Shown: piece by piece, positions 17,515 to 26,886 of the stretch
Position numbering within the stretch: position 1 is the first letter of the stretch
How the letters are laid out: every line of letters starts with the position of its first letter
NCBI GenBank assembly: GCA_044344255.1
Contig: JBIJDH010000006.1
Coordinates: 64,001 to 128,000, forward strand
Reading direction: 5' to 3'
From: Myxococcota bacterium
GTDB lineage: Bacteria > Myxococcota_A > UBA796 > UBA2385
Length of the DNA stretch: 64,000 bases
The notes under the pieces: model-generated
Database searches by the model: none
Seen by the model: the letters and a program-made list of their open reading frames with translations, nothing else
Told to the model about the DNA's origin: nothing
Position numbers and translations under genes: made by a program

Positions 17515-19143
17515 GCCAGTACAGGCCTCCGCACCGGTTCGGATAGCCGCCGGCAACGCCACGGTGAACACCGTGCGCCCCGGGCGACTCTCCACGGTGA
17601 TGCTGCCGTTGTGGCGCTCCACGATCTCACGGGAGATGGAGAGCCCGAGCCCGCTGCCCTCCCCCTGCGGCTTGGTCGTGTAGAAGGGCTCGAAGATCCT
17701 GGCACGCGCGCTCTCGCTGATCCCCGACCCGGAGTCGATGACCTGCACGATCACCTGTTCGGCTTTGCAGGCCAGCCGAAGCTCCAGCCGGCCTTTGTAG
17801 TGCATCGCCTGAAGTCCGTTATGGATGAGGTTGGTCCATACCTGGTTGAGCTCGTCGTGATGTCCGACGACGAGGCACGGGTCTTCGAAGCCGCGGATGA
17901 CCTGCACGCCGTTCTTGATCTGGTTCTGGTAGAGCGTCAGGACCGTCTCGAGATTGTCGGAGAGGCGCGCCTCCACGGGCTCGCCGCTCACCGTTCCGGG
18001 GTGGGCGTAGCTCTTCAGCGCGAACACGATCTTGGCCGCGCGGTCCGCCGCCGTCCGGATCGTTCCACTGTTGCGCCGCAGGGAGACCAGACTCGACGCG
18101 GCTCGCATGAGCGGCTCGGCTCGAGCCGACCGCAGGAGGGTCGCGTGCGTGTCAACGTCGACCGTCATCCCGAGAGACACGAGCGTCCGCGCCACGCGAC
18201 GAGGATCGGGGATGGACCGGTCCTCCAGCTCGCGCTCCAGGGTGGTACGGAGCTGCCGCTCTTCCCGCGTGGTCAGCACCCCGGGCCCGGCCTCGCTCTG
18301 CCGCACCAGGGTGCGAAGGCCCGCCAGTTCTTCCGGGGAGGAGGCCGAGAGGACCCCTGGGAGCTCCTCCAACGCCCGGTCCAACGAGACGGAGATGTTG
18401 CCCACCGATGCGACGATGGCGCCGAGGGGGGTGTTCAGCTCGTGCGCGACGCCCGCCACGAGCTGACCGAGCGCCGCCATCTTCTCACTCTGCACCAGCG
18501 CCTGATGCGAACGCGCGAGTTCGTCGTTTTTCCGACGGAGCTCCTCATTCACGAGGTCGCGCCGATGCAGGAAGTAGAGGGTGAGGACGAAGACAGTCGC
18601 GGATACGGTGGAGATGTTCAGCGCGAAGGAGAGGGGACCGAGCCCCTCCGCCGGGAGCACCGCGGGCCGGGGCAGGAAAGGGTCGATCACCCCGGAGGCG
18701 AACGTGAACACCAGGTAGAAAATCAGCCACACCACAGACGCACGTTTGGTTTCGAACGAGAGCGCACACACCAGCGCGAGCATCGACCAGATCATCATCG
18801 CGCCGCTCGCAACGAAGCCGCCGAGCATCCACTGGAACAGAAACGGCAGCAGGAGGCTGATCAATACCTGGACGGTCCTCGCGATCGCAAAGTTCTTCGT
18901 GCGCTTCAAAGTACCGAAATTGGCGATTGTGACCGCGACATAGCCGAACGGAATCAGCGCGTGGAAGGGCAGGCCTGCGGCCAGGCTCAGACCGCCCCAG
19001 ACGAAGCCGCCAAAACTCATGCTAACGCCGGTAAGCAGCATGAACCTGTGCCGCCCCCGGTCGTCGTCAGAGTCTTCCGGACGATCACCGATCTCGCCAA
19101 AGCGCTCGATGTATGGCCACACCCAGGAAATCACCCGCCGCAC
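17497..19143 (-). CDS. Membrane sensor histidine kinase
   Basis: About 6 N-terminal TM segments; H-box 'EKMAALGQLVAGVAHELNTPLG', N-box 'QVWTNLIHN', DSGSGI, FEPFYTTK, GSGLGL; stop codon lies at the IS right end. Confidence 0.9.
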   Translation of the reverse strand: MRRVISWVWPYIERFGEIGDRPEDSDDDRGRHRFMLLTGVSMSFGGFVWGGLSLAAGLPFHALIPFGYVAVTIANFGTLKRTKNFAIARTVQVLISLLLPFLFQWMLGGFVASGAMMIWSMLALVCALSFETKRASVVWLIFYLVFTFASGVIDPFLPRPAVLPAEGLGPLSFALNISTVSATVFVLTLYFLHRRDLVNEELRRKNDELARSHQALVQSEKMAALGQLVAGVAHELNTPLGAIVASVGNISVSLDRALEELPGVLSASSPEELAGLRTLVRQSEAGPGVLTTREERQLRTTLERELEDRSIPDPRRVARTLVSLGMTVDVDTHATLLRSARAEPLMRAASSLVSLRRNSGTIRTAADRAAKIVFALKSYAHPGTVSGEPVEARLSDNLETVLTLYQNQIKNGVQVIRGFEDPCLVVGHHDELNQVWTNLIHNGLQAMHYKGRLELRLACKAEQVIVQVIDSGSGISESARARIFEPFYTTKPQGEGSGLGLSISREIVERHNGSITVESRPGRTVFTVALPAAIRTGAEACTGQGDRI

Positions 19144-19542
19144 CTATTCGTTCCCGGCCATGCTGTACTCGATGGCGCTGCACAACACATCCACGCGCCA
19201 GGGCTTGGCTACTACGACCTGGATATCCGACGCGAGGCGCGCTCGCTCGAGCGCCGCCGGGTCCGCGTGGCCCGTCAGGAGGATCCGGCCGATGCGTGGG
19301 AAGCGGGCGTGGAGCCCGGCCAGGAACTCGTCGCCCTTGGTTCCGGGCATCAGCCAGTCCGAGACGACGACCACCACCGTCACGCCCTGCCCGTGGAGCG
19401 CCTCGATGACCTCCCACCCCTCGGCGACGCTCTCCGCCGTCTCCAGCGAGAGGCCGCCCGCGAAGTGCTCCTCGAGCTGCTCGCTGAGGGTGTCGAGCAC
19501 CACCTTCTCGTCGTCGACCAGCAAGACAACACGTTCCGTCAC
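19144..19542 (-). CDS. Stand-alone response regulator receiver protein
   Basis: 'LLVDDE', 'SDWLMPG..G', 'LLTG', 'KPW'. Confidence 0.9.
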   Translation of the reverse strand: MTERVVLLVDDEKVVLDTLSEQLEEHFAGGLSLETAESVAEGWEVIEALHGQGVTVVVVVSDWLMPGTKGDEFLAGLHARFPRIGRILLTGHADPAALERARLASDIQVVVAKPWRVDVLCSAIEYSMAGNE

Positions 19543-19564
19543 GACATCTCCTTTCGGGGCGGTG

Positions 19565-20884
19565 TCATTTCATCTCCAGCCGTGACGTACCATCCCAGTC
19601 CGCCGGCAGCCCTCTACGGGCGGCTTCCGTCGTCCGAGACCGGTGCCATCGAAGCGCAGCGTCTTCCGGATCAACACGCAGAAGCTCGTCGAGGAGCGAC
19701 GCGGCACCGTCGAGGTCCCGCGCCTGGAAGAGGCCCAACGCCTCCGCGAGTCGGTCGGCGGTGGCCATCTTGCGGGCGCGCTCCGCCTCCGGCAGTCCGT
19801 CCAGCACCTCCCACAAGGTGGTGGGCGCGGCGAGGCCCTTCACCCGCACGCGATCCACGTAGCGCATGGCGTATCGGCCGGGGTCGACGAGGGCGCTGCG
19901 CGTCTGCTCGGTGAGGAGCAGCGTGCCGAGGTGCTTCGTGAGCCCCTCCACCCGCGCCGCCAGGTTGACCACGTCTCCGATGACGCCGCACTTCAGGGTG
20001 TCCTCGCCCCCGATGACACCCATCAGGCACGGGCCCGTGGTCATCCCGATGCCGATACGAAGTGGGATTTCGCCGCGGCGGGCGCGGACGGCGTTGCACT
20101 CCTCCAACGCGGCCAGGGACCCGATCGCCGCGCGCACGACCGCGTCAGCCCCGGTGCCGAACAGGGCGAGGATGGCATCGCCGGCGATCCCTTCGATGAA
20201 CCCTCCATGCCGGCGGATCGGACGCTCCATGTACCTCAGATACTCGTTGATCCAGGAGAGGTTCTCGGCGGGGGTGTGGGTCTCGACGAGCGTCGTGAAC
20301 GAGCGGATGTCGGAGTAGTACACGGACACCGGCTCGGCGACGCAGTCGCCGAGCCGCACCTCTGCCAACTCCCGGCGTCCGAACAGCGCCAGGAACTCGG
20401 AGGGGACGAACCGCATCGCGGCCCGGTGTGCGGCGACCAGGCGTGCCTGCTGCTCGCGCACCTGCTGCTCGGAGAGGTAGCTCCGGACCGCCTCGCGCAC
20501 GGTCATCGTCAGGTCGTCTCGGTTCCACGGCTTCGTAATATAGCGATACAACCCTGCATTGTTGACAGCGCGCCCGACCGCGTCCAAGCCCGCCTGCCCC
20601 GTAAGGAGGATGGTGCGGGTGTCTGGCAGGCGCTCGTGCACGCGCACGAGGAGCTCATCGCCCTTCATCCCCGGCATGATGTGGTCGCTGATGACAAGCG
20701 GCACCCGTCGGCCCGCCGCGGACAGCTCGTCGAGGATCTCCAAGGCCTCGGCGGCGTCCTGCGCCACTTCGACCTCGTAGCCGTCGAGGTGCAGCTCGAA
20801 CTGCTCCCGCAGGCTCGTCAGAACAATGGGCTCGTCGTCGACGCACAGGATGGTGGGGACGATGTCCGCGGTCAGCGCTGGCAT
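19565..20884 (-). CDS. Receiver domain-adenylate/guanylate cyclase (class III) fusion
   Basis: N-terminal REC (CVDDE, SDHIMPG, KPW); cyclase motifs SDIRSFT, GDAILALF, RIGIG, GDVVNLAARVE, VKG; ATG at 20884. Confidence 0.9.
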   Translation of the reverse strand: MPALTADIVPTILCVDDEPIVLTSLREQFELHLDGYEVEVAQDAAEALEILDELSAAGRRVPLVISDHIMPGMKGDELLVRVHERLPDTRTILLTGQAGLDAVGRAVNNAGLYRYITKPWNRDDLTMTVREAVRSYLSEQQVREQQARLVAAHRAAMRFVPSEFLALFGRRELAEVRLGDCVAEPVSVYYSDIRSFTTLVETHTPAENLSWINEYLRYMERPIRRHGGFIEGIAGDAILALFGTGADAVVRAAIGSLAALEECNAVRARRGEIPLRIGIGMTTGPCLMGVIGGEDTLKCGVIGDVVNLAARVEGLTKHLGTLLLTEQTRSALVDPGRYAMRYVDRVRVKGLAAPTTLWEVLDGLPEAERARKMATADRLAEALGLFQARDLDGAASLLDELLRVDPEDAALRWHRSRTTEAARRGLPADWDGTSRLEMK

Positions 20885-21039
20885 CGGTTGAGGCTCCTGG
20901 GGAAGGCGGCTGCACCAAATGCCTCTTGAGCATAAAGGCGTGCGACCTCGAACAGATGGCCAGAGTTGGAGCACCCCATGGCCGGATCCACGCCACCATC
21001 CGCCCATGGTACGGTGGTTCTGGCACGGAGGGTGCGACC

Positions 21040-21170
21040 AGGGAGATGTCCAGATCTTCCACGAAGACGCGTCCGGGGCGAGGATGGCGTTGCTCAGGCT
21101 CGGCCCCCGGACATTCATTCGGAGAGCTCGCGCCGCTCGAAGGGGGGACGCCGCCTGCCCGTGGATCCGA
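21040..21170 (+). pseudogene. Remnant of a cyclic-nucleotide-binding (cNMP) domain gene
   Basis: 'QGDVQIFHEDASGARMALLRLGP' continues after a frameshift in a C-run as 'GHSFGELAPLEGG', the phosphate-binding cassette motif FGE.A. Confidence 0.6.
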
Positions 21171-21475
21171 AGGGCGCGGCCGCGGTGTTCGTCGGACGCC
21201 TGACCCCGCACGAGTTGGAGACCGTCACCACCTTCTCGCGGCGCTACGCCGCCACTGGGCTCGCCCGTGACCCTTGCGAGCCGGATGGCAACCCCTTCGT
21301 TGACTGGCTGCCAGCCCGTTGACTTTGGATCTTCGGAGGATCAGAGTGATGCGATCTCGCTCTGGAGAGGATCGTGGCACGTTCAAAGACTGGCGGAGCG
21401 ATCGGCTTGACGCCACGTCCTCCCGAAGAGCTCGCTCGCCTTCCTGCGGCTCACGGTCGAGGAGCGCGGTGCCCT

Positions 21476-21822
21476 CGCCGCCGAGGGGGGCGCCACCTTT
21501 CGCTGGCACGCCCTCCGTCCAGCCGCGCGGCAGACCGCGCTCTGGCTCGCCCTGCGGCCGGCCTCTCGCCTCAAGCCCAGCCGCGCCGTGGCCATCGCCG
21601 CGGCGATGGGCGTGGACGCGCTCACCTTGCGGGTCTCGGAGCCCGGCGCCTGGGCGCCCCTCGCGGCGGCCCTGTCGGCCACCTCCGGCCTGTCCGTGTC
21701 TGTGCTCGGGGATTGAGGCGCTCGGCCTCCTCCCTCCTCGCTGTCCTCGGCTCGCCAGAGGATCCCTGAATGCCCGCTGTCGCTGTCCCCGCTGGCCTGC
21801 TCACCGTGGAGGGCGGCCGCCT
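21476..21822 (+). repeat. Diverged direct repeat, copy 2 (degenerate radical SAM 3' end)
   Basis: Aligns to 16293-16733 with scattered substitutions, an internal deletion of about 140 bp and a short insertion near 21710-21740. Confidence 0.88.
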
Positions 21823-22369
21823 GCGCCTGCAGGCCCCGCTCCGGTATCACCTCATTCAGGGGACCATGGGCCTGGTGCTCGGCCCCGTGGCCGGCGCGCT
21901 CCTCGCGCTCCTGCTCCTGGCCTGCCGGTCGACCTCGGTCTTGCCCCCCCACCCGCCGATGGAGCCTGTCCTGACGCCCGAGGCGGAGGCCGCGCCGGTC
22001 CCCGATCCCGTCCCCGCCTTGATCACCGACGAAGAGTGTGTCGCCCGAGGCGGGACGGTGGTGACGGAGGAGACGTACAGACACCTCGACCGGCGAGACC
22101 CCGACGGCCCCCGTACCCCCTTTCGCGTCTGCCGAATCCCCTCCCCCGAGAACGGAAAGGCCTGTACGGGCAAGGTGGACTGTGGCCAGGGCCGCTGCTA
22201 CTGCACCGGCCCCCTCTCCCGGCCCGATCCCCAGCGTGTCCCCGACCTCCTCGCCCTCGACGGCACCGCCGGAGAAGGCCGTTGTTCGGATGAGCCGGTG
22301 GAGAGCGGCGCCTGGCGGTGCCTCGTCGTGGACGGGAAGGTGGAGCTACAGGGCTTGATCGTCGATTGA
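21770..22369 (+). CDS. Cys-rich putative lipoprotein (start may be ATG 21866)
   Basis: Hydrophobic stretch ending LLLAC; C-terminal domain with 8 Cys; the first ~18 aa are also present, truncated by the IS, at 16681. Confidence 0.6.
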   Translation: MPAVAVPAGLLTVEGGRLRLQAPLRYHLIQGTMGLVLGPVAGALLALLLLACRSTSVLPPHPPMEPVLTPEAEAAPVPDPVPALITDEECVARGGTVVTEETYRHLDRRDPDGPRTPFRVCRIPSPENGKACTGKVDCGQGRCYCTGPLSRPDPQRVPDLLALDGTAGEGRCSDEPVESGAWRCLVVDGKVELQGLIVD

Positions 22370-22428
22370 CAGCCCCGATAGAAGGAGTCGCTGTCGCGCC
22401 TGGGTCGCCCCCTGGCAAGGGGCCCGGC

Positions 22429-23232
22429 TCAGCTGTTGGTCGGGTGGAGGTACTTGGACTTCTTGAGCCACTCGGGATCGGGCCAATAGGCGAAGATGAG
22501 GCTTCCGCCCTTGATCGTCTCGATCACCTTGCCGTTGACGTCGGGGTCGAGGGCGGGGCAGCCGAGGCTCCGGCCAGTGCGCCCGTTGGCCTCGATGAAG
22601 TCCTCCTCCACGTAGTCAGCGGAGTGCACGACCACGGCGCGCTCGCGGGCCTGATCGTTGAAGCCCCGCTCGAGGCCGTCGAGGCGGAGGGACTTGCCGT
22701 GCTTGCCGGTGTAGGTCTCGGCCGTCTTGAGCAGGCCGACGTTGGAGGTGCCGTCGCCGTTGCCGTTGCCCACCCGGTTGACCTTGCCGTCGCCGTCGAG
22801 ATCAGAGCCCTTGCCGTGGGCGACGTGCTCGTGGAAGAGCAGCTTGCCGGTGGCGAGGTTGATCACCCACATCCGCTTCTCCTTGCTCGGCAGCTCGTAG
22901 TCGATGACCGTGAAGACCATCGAGCTCGTCTGACCGGCGCCGACGGCCACCCGGAAGGCGGTGAGCGCCTTCTCGAGGACGCCGGCCCGCAGGCCCTTGT
23001 CCTCGAAGTCGGAGGAGCCGACCACGATCTCGTCGGCGCTCGCGGCGTCGGGCACGCTCGTGAGCCCCGACTGCGTGGCACCCGACTGCTCGGCGCTGTC
23101 CCCGAGGCCGAGCGAGGCCTGGCGGGCCGAGTTTCCGCGCCCTGCGCCACGACGGGCGCTGCCCTGCGCCGCGGCGCCGAGGCCAGCCTGGAGGGCGCGG
23201 GCGGGGACCGGGGCTTGTTGGAGCGCAGGCAT
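22429..23232 (-). CDS. Murein L,D-transpeptidase catalytic domain protein (YkuD_2-type)
   Basis: 'VIDY..PS.EKRMWV', 'VAHG.GS', 'SLRLDGLE.GFND.A.ERA.VVH.A.Y', catalytic 'GRSLGCPA'. Confidence 0.9.
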   Translation of the reverse strand: MPALQQAPVPARALQAGLGAAAQGSARRGAGRGNSARQASLGLGDSAEQSGATQSGLTSVPDAASADEIVVGSSDFEDKGLRAGVLEKALTAFRVAVGAGQTSSMVFTVIDYELPSKEKRMWVINLATGKLLFHEHVAHGKGSDLDGDGKVNRVGNGNGDGTSNVGLLKTAETYTGKHGKSLRLDGLERGFNDQARERAVVVHSADYVEEDFIEANGRTGRSLGCPALDPDVNGKVIETIKGGSLIFAYWPDPEWLKKSKYLHPTNS

Positions 23233-23319
23233 GGGGCACCTCGGCGGCACGATCGGAGAGGGGAGGGGAGATCGCCCGAGGAGGCTACCACGCCGGCGCC
23301 CGCGCGCTCGGGCGGCGCC

Positions 23320-23511
23320 TCAGAACACTGCGTAGATGAACGGGGCGACGTACTGGATCGCCTGGAGGCCCACGAGCGCGAGGCCGAGCAGCACCAGCAC
23401 CGCCATCATCGGCATCAGCCACCAGCGGCCGCTGCGGGAGAGCATTCGATAGAGGTCGCGGAGGACGCCCAGGCGGAGGCCGAGGCCGCTCGGCGCGGCG
23501 GGTTCAGTCAA
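23320..23511 (-). CDS. DUF5989 family small membrane protein (SxtK-like)
   Basis: 'RWWLMP...LVLLG' and C-terminal 'VAPFIYAVF'; TTG start overlaps the carbamoyltransferase end. Confidence 0.82.
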   Translation of the reverse strand: MTEPAAPSGLGLRLGVLRDLYRMLSRSGRWWLMPMMAVLVLLGLALVGLQAIQYVAPFIYAVF

Positions 23512-25246
23512 GAGAGAGCTCCTTCTTTTCGATCCGCCAGCCGCCCAGGTAGAGGGCGTCGAGCCCGCTCCGAAGGAAGGTGGCCAGCGCATGGACGGGG
23601 GAGCTGACGATCGGCTCCCCCTTGAGGTTGAAGCTGGTGTTGAGCGCGACGGCGGCGCCGGTGCGCTCGCCCACGGCGTCGAGGAGGCGATGGAAGAGCG
23701 GGCTCTGGTCGGCCCGCACGAGCTGGACCCGCGCCGAGCCGTCGACGTGGGTGGTGGCGGGGAGGAGCTCGGCGACGCCCTCCTTGACGGGGCAGACGAG
23801 CAGCATCCAGCCAGCCGGGCCCTCCCCGCCCTTGGGGACGTCGAAGTAGCGCCAGGCCTGCTCGGCGGCGCAGGCGGGCGCGAAGGGCCGGAAGAGCTCG
23901 CGGAACTTGATTCGCTCGTTCACCCGGTCCTTCATGGCGGGATCGGCCGGGTTGGCGAGGATCGAGCGGTGGCCGAGGGCCCGCGGGCCCCATTCGAAGC
24001 CGCCCTGCACCCAGCCGATGACCTTGCCGGCGGCGATGTCGTCGGCGGCGCGGGTGATGAGGGCCTCCTCGTCGTGGTGCTCGGCGGGCAGGCGAAGGTC
24101 GCGGAGGGTGGCGCCGATCTCCTCGTCGGTCCAGGCGCGGCCGAGGTCGGGCCGCAGTCCGGCGGGCGCGCGGGGCCGGCCGAGGACCTCGTTCCAGGCC
24201 CAGAGCGCGGCGCCGATGGCCCCGCCGGCGTCACCGGCCGCCGGCTGGATGAAGAGGCGCTGGAAGGGGCTCCGCAGCAGGATCTGCCGGTTGGCGACGC
24301 TGTTTAAGGCCACACCCCCGGCGAGGCAGAGGTTCTCGGATCCCGCCTCGCGGTGCAGCGCCGTCGTGAGGCCGACGAGCGCGTCTTCGGTCACCCTCTG
24401 GATGCTGGCGGCGACGTCGGCGTACCGCTTGTGCGCGGGGTCGGTGGGGTCGAAGTCGGCGCCGGGGAAGCGGGCGGGGCCGAAGAGGGCCTCGAAGGCG
24501 GCGGTGTAGGAGTCCGTGGCGCTGTGGTGATAGGAGACGTATTTCGTGTCGACGTCGAAGGCGCCGTCGTCGTGGAGCCGAAGCACCTTTCGCACCTCGG
24601 CCTCGAAGCGGGGCTCCCCATAGGGGGCCATCCCCATCACCTTGTATTCTCCGTCATTGACCAGGAAGCCGAGCCAGGCGGTGAAGGCCGAGTAGACGAG
24701 GCCGATGCTGTGCGGGAAGCGGAGCTCTTGGAGCAGCCGGAGGCCCTTGCCGGCCTCGGCTTTGTAGAGGCTGGTGGTGGCCCACTCACCCACGCCGTCT
24801 ACGGTGAGCACGGCGGCCTCGTCGAAGGGCGAGCAGTAGAAGGCGCTCGCGGCGTGGCTGCGGTGGTGGTCGCAGAAGAGCACCTTGTCGGGGTGGACAC
24901 CGAAGTTCGACACCAGCGCGGACTTCACCCAGAGCTTGTCGGTCAGCCAATTAAAGGTGGAGCGCCGAAAGGCGGTGAAGCTCTTCGGGAAGTGGAGCAC
25001 CTGGTGCACCAGGATGCGCTCGAATTTACGGAGGGGCTTCTCGTAATAGACGAGGTGGTCGAGGTCTCGCGCCTGAATGCCGGCCTGCTCGAGGCACCAG
25101 CGGGCGGCCAGCACGGGGAGACTGGCGTCGTGCTTGAGGCGGCTGAAGCGCTCCTCGGAGGCCGCCGCCACCAGGACGCCATCCTTGAGGAGGGCGGCCG
25201 CGGAGTCGTGATAGAGCGCCGAGACGCCGAGGATCCAGGTGCTCAT
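23504..25246 (-). CDS. Carbamoyltransferase, NodU/CmcH/TobZ family
   Basis: 'LGVSALYHDSAA', 'EERFSR.KH', 'HH.SHAASAF', 'DGVGE', 'EYKVMGMAPYG', 'AGGVALN', 'GPRALG.RSILA', 'FRPFAP', 'HVDGSAR.Q', 'LNTSFN'; ATGA coupling to upstream gene. Confidence 0.95.
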   Translation of the reverse strand: MSTWILGVSALYHDSAAALLKDGVLVAAASEERFSRLKHDASLPVLAARWCLEQAGIQARDLDHLVYYEKPLRKFERILVHQVLHFPKSFTAFRRSTFNWLTDKLWVKSALVSNFGVHPDKVLFCDHHRSHAASAFYCSPFDEAAVLTVDGVGEWATTSLYKAEAGKGLRLLQELRFPHSIGLVYSAFTAWLGFLVNDGEYKVMGMAPYGEPRFEAEVRKVLRLHDDGAFDVDTKYVSYHHSATDSYTAAFEALFGPARFPGADFDPTDPAHKRYADVAASIQRVTEDALVGLTTALHREAGSENLCLAGGVALNSVANRQILLRSPFQRLFIQPAAGDAGGAIGAALWAWNEVLGRPRAPAGLRPDLGRAWTDEEIGATLRDLRLPAEHHDEEALITRAADDIAAGKVIGWVQGGFEWGPRALGHRSILANPADPAMKDRVNERIKFRELFRPFAPACAAEQAWRYFDVPKGGEGPAGWMLLVCPVKEGVAELLPATTHVDGSARVQLVRADQSPLFHRLLDAVGERTGAAVALNTSFNLKGEPIVSSPVHALATFLRSGLDALYLGGWRIEKKELSLD

Positions 25247-26025
25247 CCGAGCTCCCGGGCGGTGGCGATGGGGTCGGGGCTGTCGGGGCCCGGCCGGAGG
25301 AAGCCCCGCTGCTCCCGCTCGGCGTGTCGCGCGAAGAGGGAGAAGGGGCCGACCATGAACAGGTAAATGAGGCCGAGCCAGAGGCCGGCCATGAAATTGC
25401 CGAGCTCCCGCGACAGGCGCAGCCAGGCCTGCAGGTAACGGCGGCCCCAGACCCGCGTCACCGCCGTCCGCACCGCCCACCCCTGGCCCTGCTTCCGGTA
25501 GCGGTCGAGCTCGGCGCGGCTGTAGGCGATGTGAAAGCGCTCGTCGCGCGCGATCTCGGCGAACATCACCTGGGTGTCTCGGTCGTCCTGGAGGAGGTCG
25601 GAGAGGACCTGGAACTGCTCGGCCCCCCGCTTCTCGTGTACCCAGACGAAGGCGAGGAACTCGAGCTCTCCGAGCTCGCGAATGAGTGAGTCCTTCTGCC
25701 GGATGCCGTGGGTGCCGATGTACTCGGCGTCGTCGAGCACCGCCTGCGCTCGCCCCTTCCCTTTGGACCACAGGCCCGCCCGGCGCCGGAACAGCACCGA
25801 GTGGTTGAGCTCGTCGAGGGCGTGGCGAAAATAGCGGAGCCGCAGCTCGGGGCGCGGGGTCTCCTCGACGGCCGCGAGCATGTCGAGGCCGCTGCCGGCC
25901 TCGGTGTGCGAGAACTCGGCGAGCTTGGCGGCGGCCCGACCCGGCACCAGCTTGAAGACGATCCAGCTCACGGCATAGAGCGGGATCTCGGTCCAGGCGC
26001 GGGCTGGCCTCGAAGTCACCCACAC
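25243..26025 (-). CDS. Ferritin-like diiron-domain protein with C-terminal SxtJ-like membrane segment
   Basis: Diiron ligand pattern E..(DELNH)..(HE)..(DERFH); C-terminal 'W.RL...LG.F....LGLIYL..VGPFSL.AR' resembles SxtJ; GTG start at 26025 or 26019. Confidence 0.7.
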   Translation of the reverse strand: MWVTSRPARAWTEIPLYAVSWIVFKLVPGRAAAKLAEFSHTEAGSGLDMLAAVEETPRPELRLRYFRHALDELNHSVLFRRRAGLWSKGKGRAQAVLDDAEYIGTHGIRQKDSLIRELGELEFLAFVWVHEKRGAEQFQVLSDLLQDDRDTQVMFAEIARDERFHIAYSRAELDRYRKQGQGWAVRTAVTRVWGRRYLQAWLRLSRELGNFMAGLWLGLIYLFMVGPFSLFARHAEREQRGFLRPGPDSPDPIATARELG

Positions 26026-26211
26026 CGGCGCACCCCCCGCGTAGGGGGCGTCGCGCCGGGGGGCTGGGAGCGGAGGAGCATCGAGGCCCAGTAGAACACA
26101 TGGAGCGTGGGCCGGGGGCTCGATCGATCGGGCGCCCCCGCGGGGGGCACCGCGCTGGGGGCGGTGGAAGGGAGGGCCTCCGGGGAGATAGGGGCCCGTC
26201 CGGAGGGTGAG

Positions 26212-26838
26212 ATGGACGAACGAAAGGCGGCCCGCAGCCGCCCCCCGAACAGCCGAGACCGACAGCGCGAAGAGACGCGCCGGCGCCTGTTCGAAGAGGC
26301 GCTGGACATCTTCCGGCGCGACGGTGCCACCGAGGCCCGCATCGAGGACATTGCCCAGAAGGTGGGGGTGAGCCGGGGCACGTTCTACCTCTACTTCCCC
26401 ACCAAGGATGACGTGCTCACCGAGGTCCTCGCGGTGGCGGAGCGCGAGCACCTCCGCGACATCGATCGCATCGGCCCCGACGCGGACATCCACACGCTGC
26501 TCACCACCATCGGCGCCTCGATGGCCCGCCGCTGGGAGGACGACCCTCGGCTCTTCCTCGAGGTGGGGCTGATGGTCTTCCGGCGAGGGTCGAGTCAGCT
26601 CTCCGACTTCAGTCGGGATCCGCTCCGGATGGCCCTCTCGCACCGCTTCCACGGCGCGCTCAGCTCCGGGGAGGTCATCTCGGCGCTCCCCGCCGCCATC
26701 CTCGCCGACGCCTACCTCCTCAGCCTGTTCGCGGCGGCGGTGGCCTGGTGTGGCAACCCGATCCTGCCCTTGCAGGCCGTGCTGGAGGGGGTCGGCAGCC
26801 TCTTCCTCTACGGGGTGGTGGCGCGGGAGGCGCGTTAG
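26212..26838 (+). CDS. TetR/AcrR family transcriptional regulator
   Basis: HTH 'IEDIAQKVGVSRGTFYLYFPTKDD'; SD-like ggaggg before ATG 26212. Confidence 0.92.
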   Translation: MDERKAARSRPPNSRDRQREETRRRLFEEALDIFRRDGATEARIEDIAQKVGVSRGTFYLYFPTKDDVLTEVLAVAEREHLRDIDRIGPDADIHTLLTTIGASMARRWEDDPRLFLEVGLMVFRRGSSQLSDFSRDPLRMALSHRFHGALSSGEVISALPAAILADAYLLSLFAAAVAWCGNPILPLQAVLEGVGSLFLYGVVAREAR

Positions 26839-26886
26839 CGCTGGGCGGCCGGCCGGGCTAATCGACCGTTCCTGCCCGGAGCGCAT

